A stretch of DNA of 64,000 bases, taken from Moniliella sp. 'wahieum' (Eukaryota). Below are positions 38,821 through 51,823 of the stretch, one piece after another. The notes beneath the pieces were generated by a model. That model was not told the DNA's origin. It saw only the letters and a list, made by a program, of their open reading frames with translations, and made no database searches. The stretch is taken from the NCBI GenBank assembly GCA_003971905.1, contig RSEE01000013.1, positions 744,001-808,000 of the forward strand. Reading direction: 5' to 3'. The translations under genes were made by a program, and so were the position numbers. Each line of letters begins with the position of its first letter. The first letter of the stretch is position 1.

Positions 38821-40519
38821 GGGTGGGCTGGGCGGTGGTGGGCGGGGAGGCGAAAATTTGCGCGGGCGCATGGAAGCGCGCAGGCGGGATCGGCGTCGGG
38901 GCGGCACGCGGCGGGCGGCGGGCTGGTGCTGCTGGGTGCTGGCCGCCGCCGGAGCGGAGGAGCCAAGTGGGCCCGTTTGCAGAGGCAGGCTGGGATTGGA
39001 TATTGGGATCCGTATTAACATGTAACAGTGCGCATTCTGTCCCGCGCCTGCCCTCGCCCTTCTTGCGTGCAGCCCGCAGAACGTGGGGCCCAGTCGGTCC
39101 CTATCTCCACGTCGGCCAGCCTGTCTGCCCGCCCCGCCGCCTCCCCACTCGCAACGCTCGTGCTGGCTGCCTTGCCCGCCCCTGGCGCCGCTAATTGCCT
39201 CCCGCGGCTCGCGGATCCAATAACTCGTTGCAGCCCCCGGCCTGACAGCGCTCTCGCGTGCCTGCCGTGCACGCAGAGGTTCTTGCTCACGCCGCCTTCC
39301 CTTCCTGGTATTGTGCACGCCCCCGTTGCGTACGCCTGGCCCCTGGCACTCGAATGCTCACTGTACAGGCAAAGCAAGGACCAAAGGGCTGGGTACCACC
39401 TATACGTGGGCATGCTACCCGTTGCGCCCTGTTGCACCCCTATATGAGCGTGCAGGCAGGCCCTCGTTTTGGGCAACTGAATGAGAGGGTGATCGGTGAT
39501 CAGGTCAACCTGTCTACACGAGCAGGGACGAACAAGGGAATGCGGTGGACCCATAGAGGGGTACTGGCTTGACGGGACACGTGTTGCGCTCCCTCTGGCG
39601 TATATCTGCTTGAGGACGTATGTCTGCGCCTATCTCCTCTACAAGGCCGGGGTGCGGCCAGGCTATCCAACGCAGTGTGAATGGCGGGTGTCCTCAGCCC
39701 TCAGCTGAAAGGGTAAGCCAGATATGGCGACACCACCGTGGTGCCGGCAGAGGCGGGCGAGGGGGAAGGGTTTTGATAACAAAAGAAAGCTGGATGGATG
39801 ATGGATGAGGTAACTGGCGCTGGAGACAGAGGCTGCAGGTAGGCAGTGGCCGTTTGTACCGGGGCAGCGGGCGTTGCGGCTGGCTGACACTGGATTATCG
39901 CCCACCAACAAAAGGCTGGCTCGGTCTATTGAGCACGGATGGCGGTGGAGCAGGGCGCCTTGAGCAGCGCGTTTTGTATGATGGTGAGCAACGCACAGGA
40001 GAATGAATGGGGGGCTACTAAGCGCTAATGCCAAAGGCGCCACGGCGAGGCTATGCACGTGGCGGAGGCATGTGTGTGGTGGGGCGGCTGCGACGCGAGC
40101 GGGCGAGGCGAGCGTGAGACCACCACCACACCAGCGGCCACTGGGCGATGCGGATGGCCACGAGGGGCGCACACCAGGCGTACCACCCGCAGTGCGGATG
40201 CTGAGCACGAGTGTGTTGGTCAGCGCGCTGCTGGCTTTCACGCGCCCTGGGCGGCTGGGCTGGGGCGGGGGAGGGACGGTTACGTACGGGTGGATTTGGA
40301 TTTGTTTTTGGTTTTGATTTCGATTTCCTCGTCTCAGCCGCGCATGCGAGCCCCTCCCCCGCGCTGCCTGCCTGCCTGGTGGCGCCCCATTGCCATTGCC
40401 ATCCATCGCCATCGCCCTTTTTCTCCTCTCCTCCTCTTCCCCCCCCCCTCCACCTCCACCTCCACCTCCACCTCCACCCCGTCTGCGCTCGGCGCACCCC
40501 CCCCCCCCCCCCGCCCACC

Positions 40520-43500
40520 ATGGGCCTCACCCTCCCCTCCCTCGGCCTCTCCACCCTTCTCGGCGGCCAGCAGCCGCCCGGCCTCCCCGACCCGGCCCAG
40601 CCCCCCTTGAACACCCCCCCCCCCCCCTCTCCCCCGTCTCCCCCCAGACGAGCATCACCAGCGACCCTGGCCCTGCCCATGGCCTCCTCGTTACCCACTC
40701 CCCCGGCAGCCCCCCGTCCCCTCCCCCACCTCGGCCGCAATGCCCCTCCCCACCAGCGACGACCCCCACGTCCTCGCCGCCGCCGCCCAGCGCGCACTCA
40801 CCCTTCCCGCCTCCGCCCCTCTTCCCATCGCCTACGTCGCCACCACCTCCGCCTCACTCGTTTCACCACTGGCTCCAGTATGTGCCCCCCCTTTCTGCCC
40901 CGGTACGCCACACGCGTCACGCGCTGACGGCTGACATGTGTGTGTCCCAGCCTTGCTCCCGGCCAATATCGCCGCCATCGTGACCAGCATCTCGGTCTTG
41001 ATGCGCATTTCCCTCAACTCGTCCGCCTTTTTCTTTGAGGTGCTGCTCGAGGCCTGCAAGTTCCACATCGGCCGGCATGGGCCTGACGCGTCGTGCGTTG
41101 ATCGCAGCCATCAGCCAGGCGCGGCGCATGCATTCCCTCGCCGACAGTCTGGCCGGCCGGATGCGTCGGGCATGCCCGCCAGCGCCTGCCCGCCGCCGCG
41201 GCCAGCGGCAGTGCCTGGCTCGGGCTTAGCACCCTCGCCCGCATGGTCAACAAGCGTGGTTTTACCGATGCTGCTCTCGCCCACCTCCTCGACCCCACCG
41301 GTCCCTTTGGTATCCTGGACCGTACTCCACGTTGGGCGTGTACCTGGTCCATCATGGAGTGACCATGAGCGAACTCCTGGTCTTATCCGGCCTCAATCTC
41401 GTCGATTCCTCCATACGCGTTTTCCTTTCGCACGGCCGACTTGGGCATCCGTCTGTTTGATGGCATCTTTGGATCCAATGAGACATCCCGTGCCCTGACG
41501 AGCGTCATTGAACTGGCTTGGAAAGAGATGCACCCGTCCAGCCCGCCTATTGGTGACATGGTCCGCACGCCGATGGTCGTGGGCCCGTGCCCGAGGCGGG
41601 CAACGTTCTTTCTCTTCAACCTATCACGCTGCCAAGCACCTCACCAGCCTTACGCGTGGCTTTGTCGCATTTTCTCTGTTGCAAGCGCTACGTACAACGC
41701 TCGGCCGTTCAGCTTCAACTCCATTCCATGTACGATTGCACTGTGCTTACCACCAAAGGGTCGGAGAATTGGCGCGACATGGTCGTGGCCAAGAACTACC
41801 ACCTGAGCCAAATTCCTTTGGTCACAGCGCCAGACCGAGGCGCTTCGCCGCCACCGTCGGTCATGTGCTGGAGGAAACCTCCCTCCTGCCTGGCTTGCAG
41901 CTGGACGATCTTGGTGACCTCGACACGCGTCCCCGACTCACCTCGACCCTTTCCATTCACTCTCGGCCTCGGCTGCAATCAGGGATACGAAACCGGCATT
42001 CGCGGACCACCTCGCTCCTCTCTTCGCCCGATGGCCCGTATGCCGGACCTTTTACGCCCACCATGTCGCGCACCGCCTCGCTCGACTCGCACGACTCGGT
42101 CGTGTCCGACTCGGAGAACTCGGACGACTCGGAACAATTGCTAGAGTCGCTTTCGTTTCTGGTTGGCTCGGACGAGGAGGACACGAGGACGACTTGCCTC
42201 TTGTCCGTGCCGCACGAGGCACGGGCGAAGGCAACGAGTATCCTCTTTCTCCAGGCGACGAGATCAGCGAGGCAGTGACCACCACCACTACTACCCTACC
42301 ACCACCACCACACCACCACCACACACTACCCACCACACCACCCTTACCGCCCGTGCCCTTTACCCCTCTTCGCAACCTGCCTCGCCTCCGTCCCCGCCCA
42401 GCCCGCCGGCGCGCCGGCGTCTGTTTGGTCGTGCCCGGCCCCAATCCTCCCGGCTGGGATGGGGGGACGAATCCGAGTCCGAGTGGCACTCGCCATCCGA
42501 GACCGAGGGGGCACTGGTTCCGGGCCGGTACAGAGTGGGACCAGAGTACGATCTGGATGCGCCGCGTGCTGGGTCGAACCGGTGGGCGCGTGCAGCGGCG
42601 CGACTGACCAATCCGCGTGGAGGCTTGGCCTCCAACCGACCCGCCGAGTCCAGTGCCGTCCAGGCCCCGCAGGGCCCCGCGGCGACCCAAGGTGCACGTC
42701 ATGTTCCGTACGTTGGCACATAATGACCACCCAGCGCCGACGTACCACCCAACACACCCACACCGAGACTCAAGAACATGGCCGTCTGGCTGGGGGGGTT
42801 TCAGGAGGAATCGGCGTACGAGAGTATGGATGAAACGTTCCCGGAGCCCGTGTCAGTGCTTTGTCCGGGATGGAACCAACGGAGGCAGTCGTTTGTGACC
42901 AAGACGATTCGGACGAAGACCAAGCGCCCATCTTGCCTTCTGCCAGCGAGGCCAGTGTCCTGGACCCCGACCTCTCTCCTGGACGGGACAAGCGTCCGTT
43001 GCGAGGTGCATCGTCGGAGAGTACAGTGGCGACGCATCGGACGGGGCCCGCAAACGGTCTCGCCCCCCCGAGGGCAGCGTGCCCTTCCCCACCACTTCCT
43101 CCTCTTCCCCCCCGACGCCTACACCGCTCTTGGCGCCCCTTGCGTTCCCCACGGCATCCGATAACTTCACCACCGTCCCCGAGACCGAGCCCGCTAACTT
43201 GGCACGGGTCGAGTCGTTGTCGGAAGACGGATCGAGTCGGGCGCGACATGGGTTTGATCCGTCTAAAGTGCCTCCTTCCTTGTCCCAGCCTAACGGACAG
43301 GAGGACCGAGATGAGAAGTGTGTTTCGCCGTCAGCTCCGGAGGAGGCAGAACAAGGGTCGGAGGAGGAGGATGCAATGGCCCGCCGTCGTCCGATCCTAC
43401 CCGCGCGCGCCGCGAGCGAAGCCGAGTCGGCCGCTGACGATCCGTTGTGGCAAGGCCGGCGCGGGCCCGTGTACCCCGCCTTGCACTTTGTTGAGAACCT

Positions 43501-45253
43501 GGCCATGTTTGCCCGGCACTCGTCTGCTGCGTACGGCCAGCACTTTATGCGTATCTTTAACATCAGCAAAGGTCAGTACGTGTTTGGGGATACCAAGGAG
43601 ACCCATTCCAACGTCTGGTCCTATGCCAGCCCACGTGGAAATCCCCGTGGAAAACATCCTCCTCTCCTCCTACACGGCCGGGGAAGAGGCGGGGCAAGTG
43701 CACTCGGAGCGAATGAGTCCGATTGTCAACTACGTGTCGGTGGATGACCATGCGCGGTGTGTGGTGCTAGCGTGCCGGGTACGTTGGGCTTGAGCGATGT
43801 GTTGACGGATTTGGTGTGTGGGTACGAAGAGATTGTCGTGCCGGGCGGCGGGACGCCCGGGCAGAGTATTATGTGCATTCGGGCATGCTGGCCTCGGCCA
43901 TGCGACTCAAACCGGTCGGTTCGCTGGTGCATGCGACGTTGCGTCGTGCGCTGGCGGACCGGCCAGACTATGGCCTGGTGTTGACGGGTCACAGTTTGGG
44001 GGGGGCGTGGCGGCGCTGTTGGACTGATGTGGAGTGTGCCCGTGGTGGACGAGGCGCAAGCGGCTGCCGGCGGGACGAAGCTACGTGTGCCCGTCCGTTT
44101 GTTACGTCGCATGCGTCGGGCTTTCCTCCTGGTCGACCGGTGCACGTGTACGCGTATGGTCCGCCGGCGATTGCGTCGCCGGATCTGAGTCGGCACTGTC
44201 GTGGTTTGGTCACGTCGATTGCGCATCGGAACGATATTGTGCCCTGCTTGTCCCTTGGCTTTTTGCGCGACATGCACATTGTCGCCGACAATCTGCAGTC
44301 GGGCGAGACGAGCCATATGGTGCGGGACATTGTGTCGGCGATTGTGGGCTTGTACCAACAACGCAAGTTGATTGCCGCAGCGCGACGGGCGACGGGCGAA
44401 GAGACGAGTCCTCTGACCCGCCCGCCCCGCGCCCCGCCCCAACCACGGCCGACTCAACCGCCTCCGACCCGGCCCAACCGTCCGACTATGCCGCGTCCGA
44501 GCTGGCCCCGACGCTCGAGTACGGAGAGATGATGGCGGGGCACAGCACGAACCGAGCCGGACGTCCCGGGTACGAAGATCCGCTGCTGGTGGACGACGTG
44601 GACGACGTGGGGGGGCCGGCCGGTGCGTCGCTGGTCACGTTTCCGCTCAAAGACGAGAGCATCCAAGTAGGTCTGGACGCGTTGGCGGGCCGCGAGCCGG
44701 CTGGGTCGGTGTACCGTGTGTTGCAACAAGACCGCGACACGCGGGATTGGCTCTGGTCCTTGATCAAGACGATGCGCGCGTCGATGCGGGAAGATAAGCT
44801 GTACCCGCCTGGGGACGTGTACCTGATCGAGTCGTTTGGGGTGTACGTGCGTACCGAGGCGGCGGCGGGCCCGAGCAGCGCAGCCGCGCCCCGCCCCGCT
44901 ACGTCGGCAAGCGGCGAGAGGACAACGGATGCTGCCCCGTCCGAACGACAGACGTTTGAGGCGGAACGCGTGTGCTGCGCTACTGCCAAGATGTGGAAGC
45001 TCGGTTTTCCGAACCTGTCTTTTCCCGCTCCATGTTTAGCGATCATGTGCCGAGCAATTGTACGTCTTTTCTCCCCCCTCTGGCTTCTGGTTTTTTCTCC
45101 CTCGCGTGTCTTATCCCTGCTGCGTGTGCACCCCCGAACTGCCCCGCACCGCACCGCACCACGTACTGACCCCTCGCATCCGCAGATGAACATTGTGTCA
45201 AGTTGTTGCACCAGGGCCTCTTTGGGCCTAGCACGGACGATCCCGGGGTGTAG
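40520..45253 (+). CDS. Class 3 lipase (sn-1 diacylglycerol-lipase-like alpha/beta hydrolase) with long disordered N-terminal region
   Basis: RHSSAAYG, VVLACRGTLGLSDVLTDL, VHSGML, LVLTGHSLGG (GxSxG), VYAYGPP, DIVPCLSLG, KLYPPG and MFSDHVP. Introns ~40878-40950 and ~45060-45185. Many frameshifts. Confidence 0.85.
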
Positions 45254-45796
45254 AACGGTGAATGTCGTGCCTTATTTAACCCTTGTCCTTTGTCCCCCCT
45301 CCTTTCGCCCTTCTTCTTCTCTCTTTCTCCCTTTTCTTTCTTTCACCCTTCTCCCTTCTCCCATCTCCCTTCACCCTTCACTCTTCTTCCTTCTCCTTAC
45401 CCCTGCTCATTGGCTTGTGCCTCTCACGTCCTTCGTCTTCCTTGTCATATGCCCACCCCCATTTTTTCCTGTTCTGCCCCTGCCCCCCTCCCTCCCCCTA
45501 CCCCTCCCTTGGCCCCTTTGAGGGCTCTACGAAGCGGATACCCTTACCTTCTCCTTCCTGGCCTTTCGCATTGTGCCTTGCGCTGTTCACATTTCGCCTT
45601 GCGCCTTGCGCCGTTCGCCGTTCGCATTTCGCATTTCGCCCTGCGCCTTGCGCCTTTCCCCCCGCCGCGGTAGTAGCAGCTATACGATACGTATTATATA
45701 CGCTCATTCCTTTGGTTTCTTTCTTGTCCGTGCCCTGCTCCTGGTCCTGGTCCTGATCAATCAGCCCTGGTCCTTGTCCTGCCCCCGACATAACTG

Positions 45797-45858
45797 GGAG
45801 CTTGGAGCTTGGAGCTTGGAGCTTGGAGCTTGGAGCTTGGAGCTTGGAGCTTGGAGCT
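45797..45858. repeat. (GGAGCTT)x~9 heptamer tandem repeat
   Basis: Directly visible in the convergent lipase/bZIP intergenic region. Confidence 0.9.
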
Positions 45859-46596
45859 AGGCCCATCTTCCAGTATCGGGTCTCGGGTCTCGAGTCTCGA
45901 GTATCGGGTCTCGGTTCCGTCGCGCATAGCATTTTCCTCCCCATCGACCATCCTCCGCGCCTCTGCTTGGCCGAGGACCAGGAGCCAGAACGAACCGAAT
46001 CAGCCCACCGGCCAATCGGCCCCAACCTCAACCTCAACCTCAACCCCACTCCAACCCCAACCTCAACCCCAACCCCACGCCACGAACCCCAACCTCGCAC
46101 GTTTTCGCCGTAGGCTATTAAACCTGGTTGTTCCACTACCTATACCCCCTGCCCGCCCTGCGAGCTTCAGCGTCAGCACGGAATACGTTCTCCGCGCCCT
46201 TTGGCTCTCCCTCTCCCTCTCCCACTACGTCCAGCTCTACCTCTCGCTCTGTAACTGAACCGTCGGCGCTACGGCAGGCACGAATGTGCCGTGCCAAGTC
46301 TCTACTCCTACCTCTACTTCTCCCTCTCCCTCGGTAACTGAACCGTCTGCTACGGCCGGCACGAATTGACGAAATGGGTCAAGAGATAAACACAGGACCG
46401 TGAGCGAACGGGGGGAAAAAGTACAGGAAACACTAGAAGGCGGGGCTTAAAAACGTGCAAAAGTGGTGTAGAACACGGTAGGTACGGTACGGTACGGACG
46501 AAAGGCCACCGTGCCAAAAAAAAAGAACAAGGAACGACAACAAAGGAGCGGGGAGTGAGAGAATGGGTTCAAGGGTCAGGGTTCAGGGCTTAGGGC

Positions 46597-48722
46597 TTAG
46601 GGCTTAGGGGGTTGGTAAAGCACCGGGGAGCGCAAGGCCTGCGCATACGACGGCAGCTCGTCCTCCGAGGTGAAGCACGAGGTGTCTTGGTGCGCATCAG
46701 CCAGGCATTCGGCCGCCCACGAGCGGCGAGAGAGCGGAGTGTGCGTCCGAGGTGCGAGGCTGGGCCTTGGCATAGGCCAGACGGGCATCAAATGCGCGGA
46801 CCAGGTCCGACAACGCATCGTGCTGGAACGGAGCTGACGGCAACGGCGGCGCAAACATCGAATGCACTTGCGTAATCGGCGCGGTAAACGACCCCGACGA
46901 CCCATTGGAGCGGCCGGCAAAAAAGGATTGCGCACGGCCCAAGGTACGGGGCGAAGAAGGGTACGCAACATCCTTCTTGGTGTTGACCATCGGCTCCGCA
47001 AACCGAGGCGAGGGGGAAGCGGTCAGAGGCATCGGGCTCGAGGGACCCGAAGTAAGGGGGATGTTGAGGTTGGAAAGATTGAGCGAAGGGACCTCCAAGC
47101 CTTGGCTCGAGGACTGCCGAGACAAACGCGGAGTCTCGGCCCGCGAAACAGGGGAAGGGGCGGTTTGGGATTGCGTGCGACGTAGCAGTTCCAGAATCTT
47201 CGTCACATCGTACTGTCCCTTGGGTTGCGGTGCCGGTGCTGGGGCGGGGGCCGAGACCGGGGTGGAAGAGGAGGCAGAACCAACATTGACATTGACCGGG
47301 GCCGTACGCTGCTGGGTCACCGAGGCAGCACGGGCAGCTTCGGGTGACAATGACGGATCAATGTGGAATTGCTCGAGCAACGCCTTGAGCCGCTGGTTCT
47401 CCGTAACCAAGTTGGTGTTCTTGGACTTGAGACTCTCAATGGCCGCGTCCCGCTGGGCAAGCACATCCTCCAACTGGGTAATGTACTCCTTCCTCCGCTC
47501 ACGAAAGTTGCGCGCCGAGATCTTGTTGCGCAATTGCCGTTTCTCCTTGGACGACAAGGCCTTGTACTCCTCTGCAGACGGTCGGTCGGCTGCAGCCAAG
47601 GCCGCCATGGAGGCTGGGATGCCGCGGGCACCATGGGAGCTCGAGCTGGTAGGCGAAGCCTCGCGGCCCGTCGAGAGGCCTTGTGGCCGAGGGGGGATGG
47701 GATCGAGGGCAAGGTGGGTCGAAGGTAACGCCGAAGTGGACGGCGCAGTTGCGGGTGGCGAGGCGGTCGGGAGACCTCGACCACTGCTTTGGGATTGCAG
47801 CTCCTGCAGCACTTGAAGCTGCAAGTTGATTTGCTCGGCCAGCGTCATTTGCACCAAACGTGGGTCGATCGAAGTTGGATCGGCAGTGGATCCTGGGCCA
47901 GATGCGAGCGTGGCGGGAGTAGACTCGAGCGGAAACGGATTCGATGCAGGAAGATGAGAAGCCTCCTCCATGGAGGTATCCTCTGTCTTGACAGCATGAG
48001 ATGGATTCGGATCAGGATTGTAAGGTGGAGGGGCTGGGCAGCCTACCGAGTCGGCGGAAAACGTGAACGATGGCTCTTCGAGCGACGGAGTAGTCGGGAG
48101 ATTATCCAAGTTGAGGGATGAAGGGGAAGGGGCCAGGTCAAGTCCCCAGGTTGATTCGAAATCCATGTCCGCCGCAAGGAACAAGTCGGGTGCACCACCG
48201 GCCGAAGGAGCGAGCAAGGGGACTCTTGCTTGATCTTGGTCACCGGCTTGGCGCTGGGGAAGGTAGGTTCGGTCGGTGTGTGTTCGGGGAGGGCGGGGTG
48301 GTGGATGAACGAGTGCCAGTCGGGGTCATGCGGCGGGGTAGGGGCGTCGGAGGATTCCGACGCACTCGACGGGGACGCAGCGATGGACTGGGTGGCCTGA
48401 GGCAGCTTCTCGGGTGGGAGCTGGCGGGTGGGCGTGGCGATGGGCTGAGGCTGGGAGAGGTGGAGGTGGAGGCAGGAGAGAGGGGAAGCTTGGCATCCGG
48501 GCTGGCGGGAGTGGCTGCGCTGGCGGTGGCAGCCAGGTTGGCGTAGTGGGTGCGGAGGGCCGTGTCGACGAGGGCGGGGGTGGGTTCGATGCCGTGGCGA
48601 CGGAGCTCGAGGGAGAGGTGGTAGCGGAAGCGGTCCTCGTTCGAGGCGGTGCTGGGCAGCGGCGGCGGCGGCGGCGGCGTCGGGAGGCGGGCAGCAGCGG
48701 TGGGGGGCAGGGCAGCGGTCAT
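46597..48722 (-). CDS. bZIP transcription factor (fungal KEKRQLRNKISARNFR family)
   Basis: RPSAEEYKALSSKEKRQLRNKISARNFRERRKEYITQLE followed by a leucine zipper. ATG 48722 is joined by a frameshift to ORF 46697-48217. Stop at 46697 or 46597. Confidence 0.9.
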
Positions 48723-50656
48723 GGTGGGGAGGCGAGGGGAGATGGTGGGGGGGAGGAGGGGCGCTGAATACGGGCGGAGGCGATAAGCGGGCAGCGCAGC
48801 GCAGCCACCCAGCAGGCGACTGCGTGCGGCTGCCGGCCCTGAACGGGCCACCCGGGCCACACTGGGCACACTGGGCACACTCGCCGCCACCGGCCACGCC
48901 ACCGGCCACCACCAGCCCACCACCCCCGGCCACCACTCGGCCACCCCGTCGAAGCCGCCGAGCCAGGCCACCGCGCGCACCTGCATGTTGCAAAGCTGCC
49001 TGCCTTACGTACGCCCCCTCTCGCGTTACGTCCGGCGCACGCACGCCGCGGCCCGCGCATCCATCCTCGCATCCCCCCCACACTGGCGCCATGGCCTGCC
49101 CTCCACGCGTCAGCATCTCCGCCGCAGGTACTCCGTACACCGTCAGCCGCTGCGCACCTCCCAGGCGGCGAGTGCAGAATGTGTCCTCCCCTCCTCCCCT
49201 GACTCAGGCGACTCACCCCATGCATCGCAGCCACGATTGGACGCATCATCGTCATCATGAATCGGGCGTTCAGGATCCATGATCCAAGCGGGTGCTGGCC
49301 CGGGCCTTAGGGTTGTCCTGGATGGTGCCATGCACCCCCCATCGCCACCATCTCGGTCCAGTACGCCCGACTCGACGTTGCCTTGCCAGTGTGCCTGCGT
49401 GCCACATGTCAGCTGAGCTCAGCGTCAACCAACCCTTACGAACCCCCCCCCTCTGGCAGCACGCCCCCTTTCTCACTCACTAGCCACTCTCCCTGCTCTT
49501 CGCGAGCCCGCAGGTTGGGGGTCCCCATTGTATGTGGGTAGCGGGCTCGCCACCCGCACCTCAGCGCCTCAGCTCTCAGTCACACCCGTAATGCATCACG
49601 CCCAAGCCGACACCCATCCATCCAATTGTCCTCTTCCGAGGAAAAATATGTAGCTCGGAGAATTGGCCGCGCGCGGTAACTAGCTTAACTAGTAACTAGG
49701 CACTGTCCCGGCATGTAACGTACGTGTAACTGTGGCATGCTCTCTTGAAGCTTGACAATAGAGACGAGAGCTGGCTGGATCCGCTTGCCCAACACGCAAT
49801 GCCGTCGCCAGGTTCAACGTCTTGACCATCCTTTATGCCACGTTTTTGATGGCGATCTATCGCTGAGGTCTGAGGGAGCAGTGGGGAGAGGGCCAGCCGT
49901 CAGGATCGATGAATTACCGCTGCAATGGCGATAGATGTCATTGATGTACTCAATGAACAATCGATGCTAAGCGCTCAGCCTGAGCGCAATGATATGATGT
50001 GCGTGTTGTGGCATCCACACAATGGACACAGCAAAGTACCAAAAAAACAGCTGACCCAATTAACAATTGCCAGTGCTGTGTGGATACGATCCTTTCCCCC
50101 CTCTTCCTACTAAAGAGCTTACCATTTGTTGGTTTCACGCGCAACGAAAGACGTGTCCTGGCCAACGCGCAGCTAGTACAACTATGAGTCGAGGCAGATC
50201 CAGTTTCAAGAGAATAGAGGGTGGAATGGTCCATGTACACCGTCCCAGGATCCGTCGACCTTTATTGGGTCTGACGATCTGGACGAGTCCACCATCGGTT
50301 TGTCCAGCTATTTTTTTCTCCGTCCGCACTCATCTGGACGACTTGCTCGCAGAAATTGGGCTGATTCTTTTCTTTCTGCCCTGCTAATACTCCGTGAGTG
50401 CTCAGGTAAAACGGAGACTTGCAAGAGTCGTCGATGATCGGTGACCAACCTGGCCGTCGTCAGTCGGCCTCATTAAGGCCGAGGCGCGAGAAAGTCCAGC
50501 ATTCACACGCGCCTGTGCGAAAAATCTGATGCAAGCAACTCGAGGGAGAGTAGGGGCTCATGGCTCATGGGTGAGGCCTGAGGTAAGGCGTGTGTTTGTG
50601 TATGACACACGGTAGTCGACCAACAAGGCGCTGAGCCTCAGCGCTGAGCCTGATCG

Positions 50657-50665
50657 CTATCAGAT
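50657..50665 (-). promoter_or_regulatory. GATA-type iron-repressor site variant ATCTGATAG
   Basis: One mismatch to the ATCWGATAA consensus, in the bZIP/sid1 intergenic region. Confidence 0.35.
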
Positions 50666-51814
50666 ACACCATCTCACAACACGCAGTGTTGTATACTGCG
50701 GGGGGAGAAGAATCAGAGAATAACTCGCTTTCCAGCTCTTGCTTCGCTTTGAGCCATTGCTTCCCTCAGATCTCAGCTTGAGAAACTTCACGCTTCGCGC
50801 TTCCTCACGTACCGCGTACCCACCCACCCACCCCTCCTCGTGCGCTGCGACTGGCTCGGTTGCCGGCGTTTGCCAGGGTATGATGAGGACATGAAGCTTG
50901 ATGATCGATGACATGCATGACAGATGACGAAGACACTGGCCGCTGCCCCATAGGCTGCCGCTCTGGTCGCCAGTCGCTGGCCAAGCTTCAAGCCGCACGT
51001 CCGCCGGCGTACGCCGCTCGGTTCGCACATGTCGCAGTCAGTACTCCGTCTCGCACCGCCCCACAGTCGCGAGAGAGGCCTTGGCATATTCAGCCGGTGG
51101 CGCCCTGCTTGCTGCGTCTCACTACGAGCCCCATAATTTTGCATGATGCATGATCATCGATCCCCCCGCACAGATCGCATCTGACATGTGGCACGTGACT
51201 TGACTAGTTACTCGACACGCTCGGAGCATCCTGCCTCCCTCCTCGTTTGCAGGATTGCCTTCAATCTCGGCGCCTCCCCCGCGTCTCCAACCCTGCCTGC
51301 GCGGCGGTATACACAGGGCATGTTGCCAGTGGCTCGTGGCCGCCGGCCGCCGTCGCGTCATGTCTTTTTAGAGTCGTGATGGAAGTGATGTTCTGCAAAG
51401 AAACAGCGACGGATCCGGACGCGCCGACGCTCGTGCTCATGCATCATGCATCATGCATCACGAATCATTAATCACGCATCGATCGAGAGGATCCGAATTG
51501 CGCCTGTGCATGGATCAGGAGAGTCATCGCATCAATCATCGATCGTGAGTGAAAGGGACAATCAGATCTGTTGGTGTACACGCCTCTCTTTGTAGCATCG
51601 ACATGCGAGACGGATAAGGAACTGAGCGCGGTCCATGCGCACACGAACACGGTGGTGACGCAGATGCCATCAATCTACCAGCTACTCGCGGCGGACTGGT
51701 GGGCAGCAACGTTGCGACGTTGAGGATGCATGAGGCCTGGTGCATGATTCGCATGATGAAGGCTTCGCTCCGCCGCTCGCCCTGTACCGGCTATACGGCA
51801 TCTGAGATGCTGAG

Positions 51815-51823
51815 ATCTGATAA
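51815..51823 (+). promoter_or_regulatory. SreA/Fep1/Urbs1-type iron-repression site ATCTGATAA
   Basis: Exact match to the ATCWGATAA consensus ~830 bp upstream of the ornithine monooxygenase ATG. Confidence 0.65.

Noticed and set aside
45797..45858. Repeat array as CRISPR
   Set aside because: 7-bp tandem units without spacers, in a eukaryotic context with no cas genes.
46597..48722. bZIP as HapX or Hac1/Hxl1
   Set aside because: No Hap4-like PPRPKPGRKP motif or Cys-rich regions. The basic region belongs to the KEKRQLRNKISARNFR family, and no IRE1-type intron is evident.
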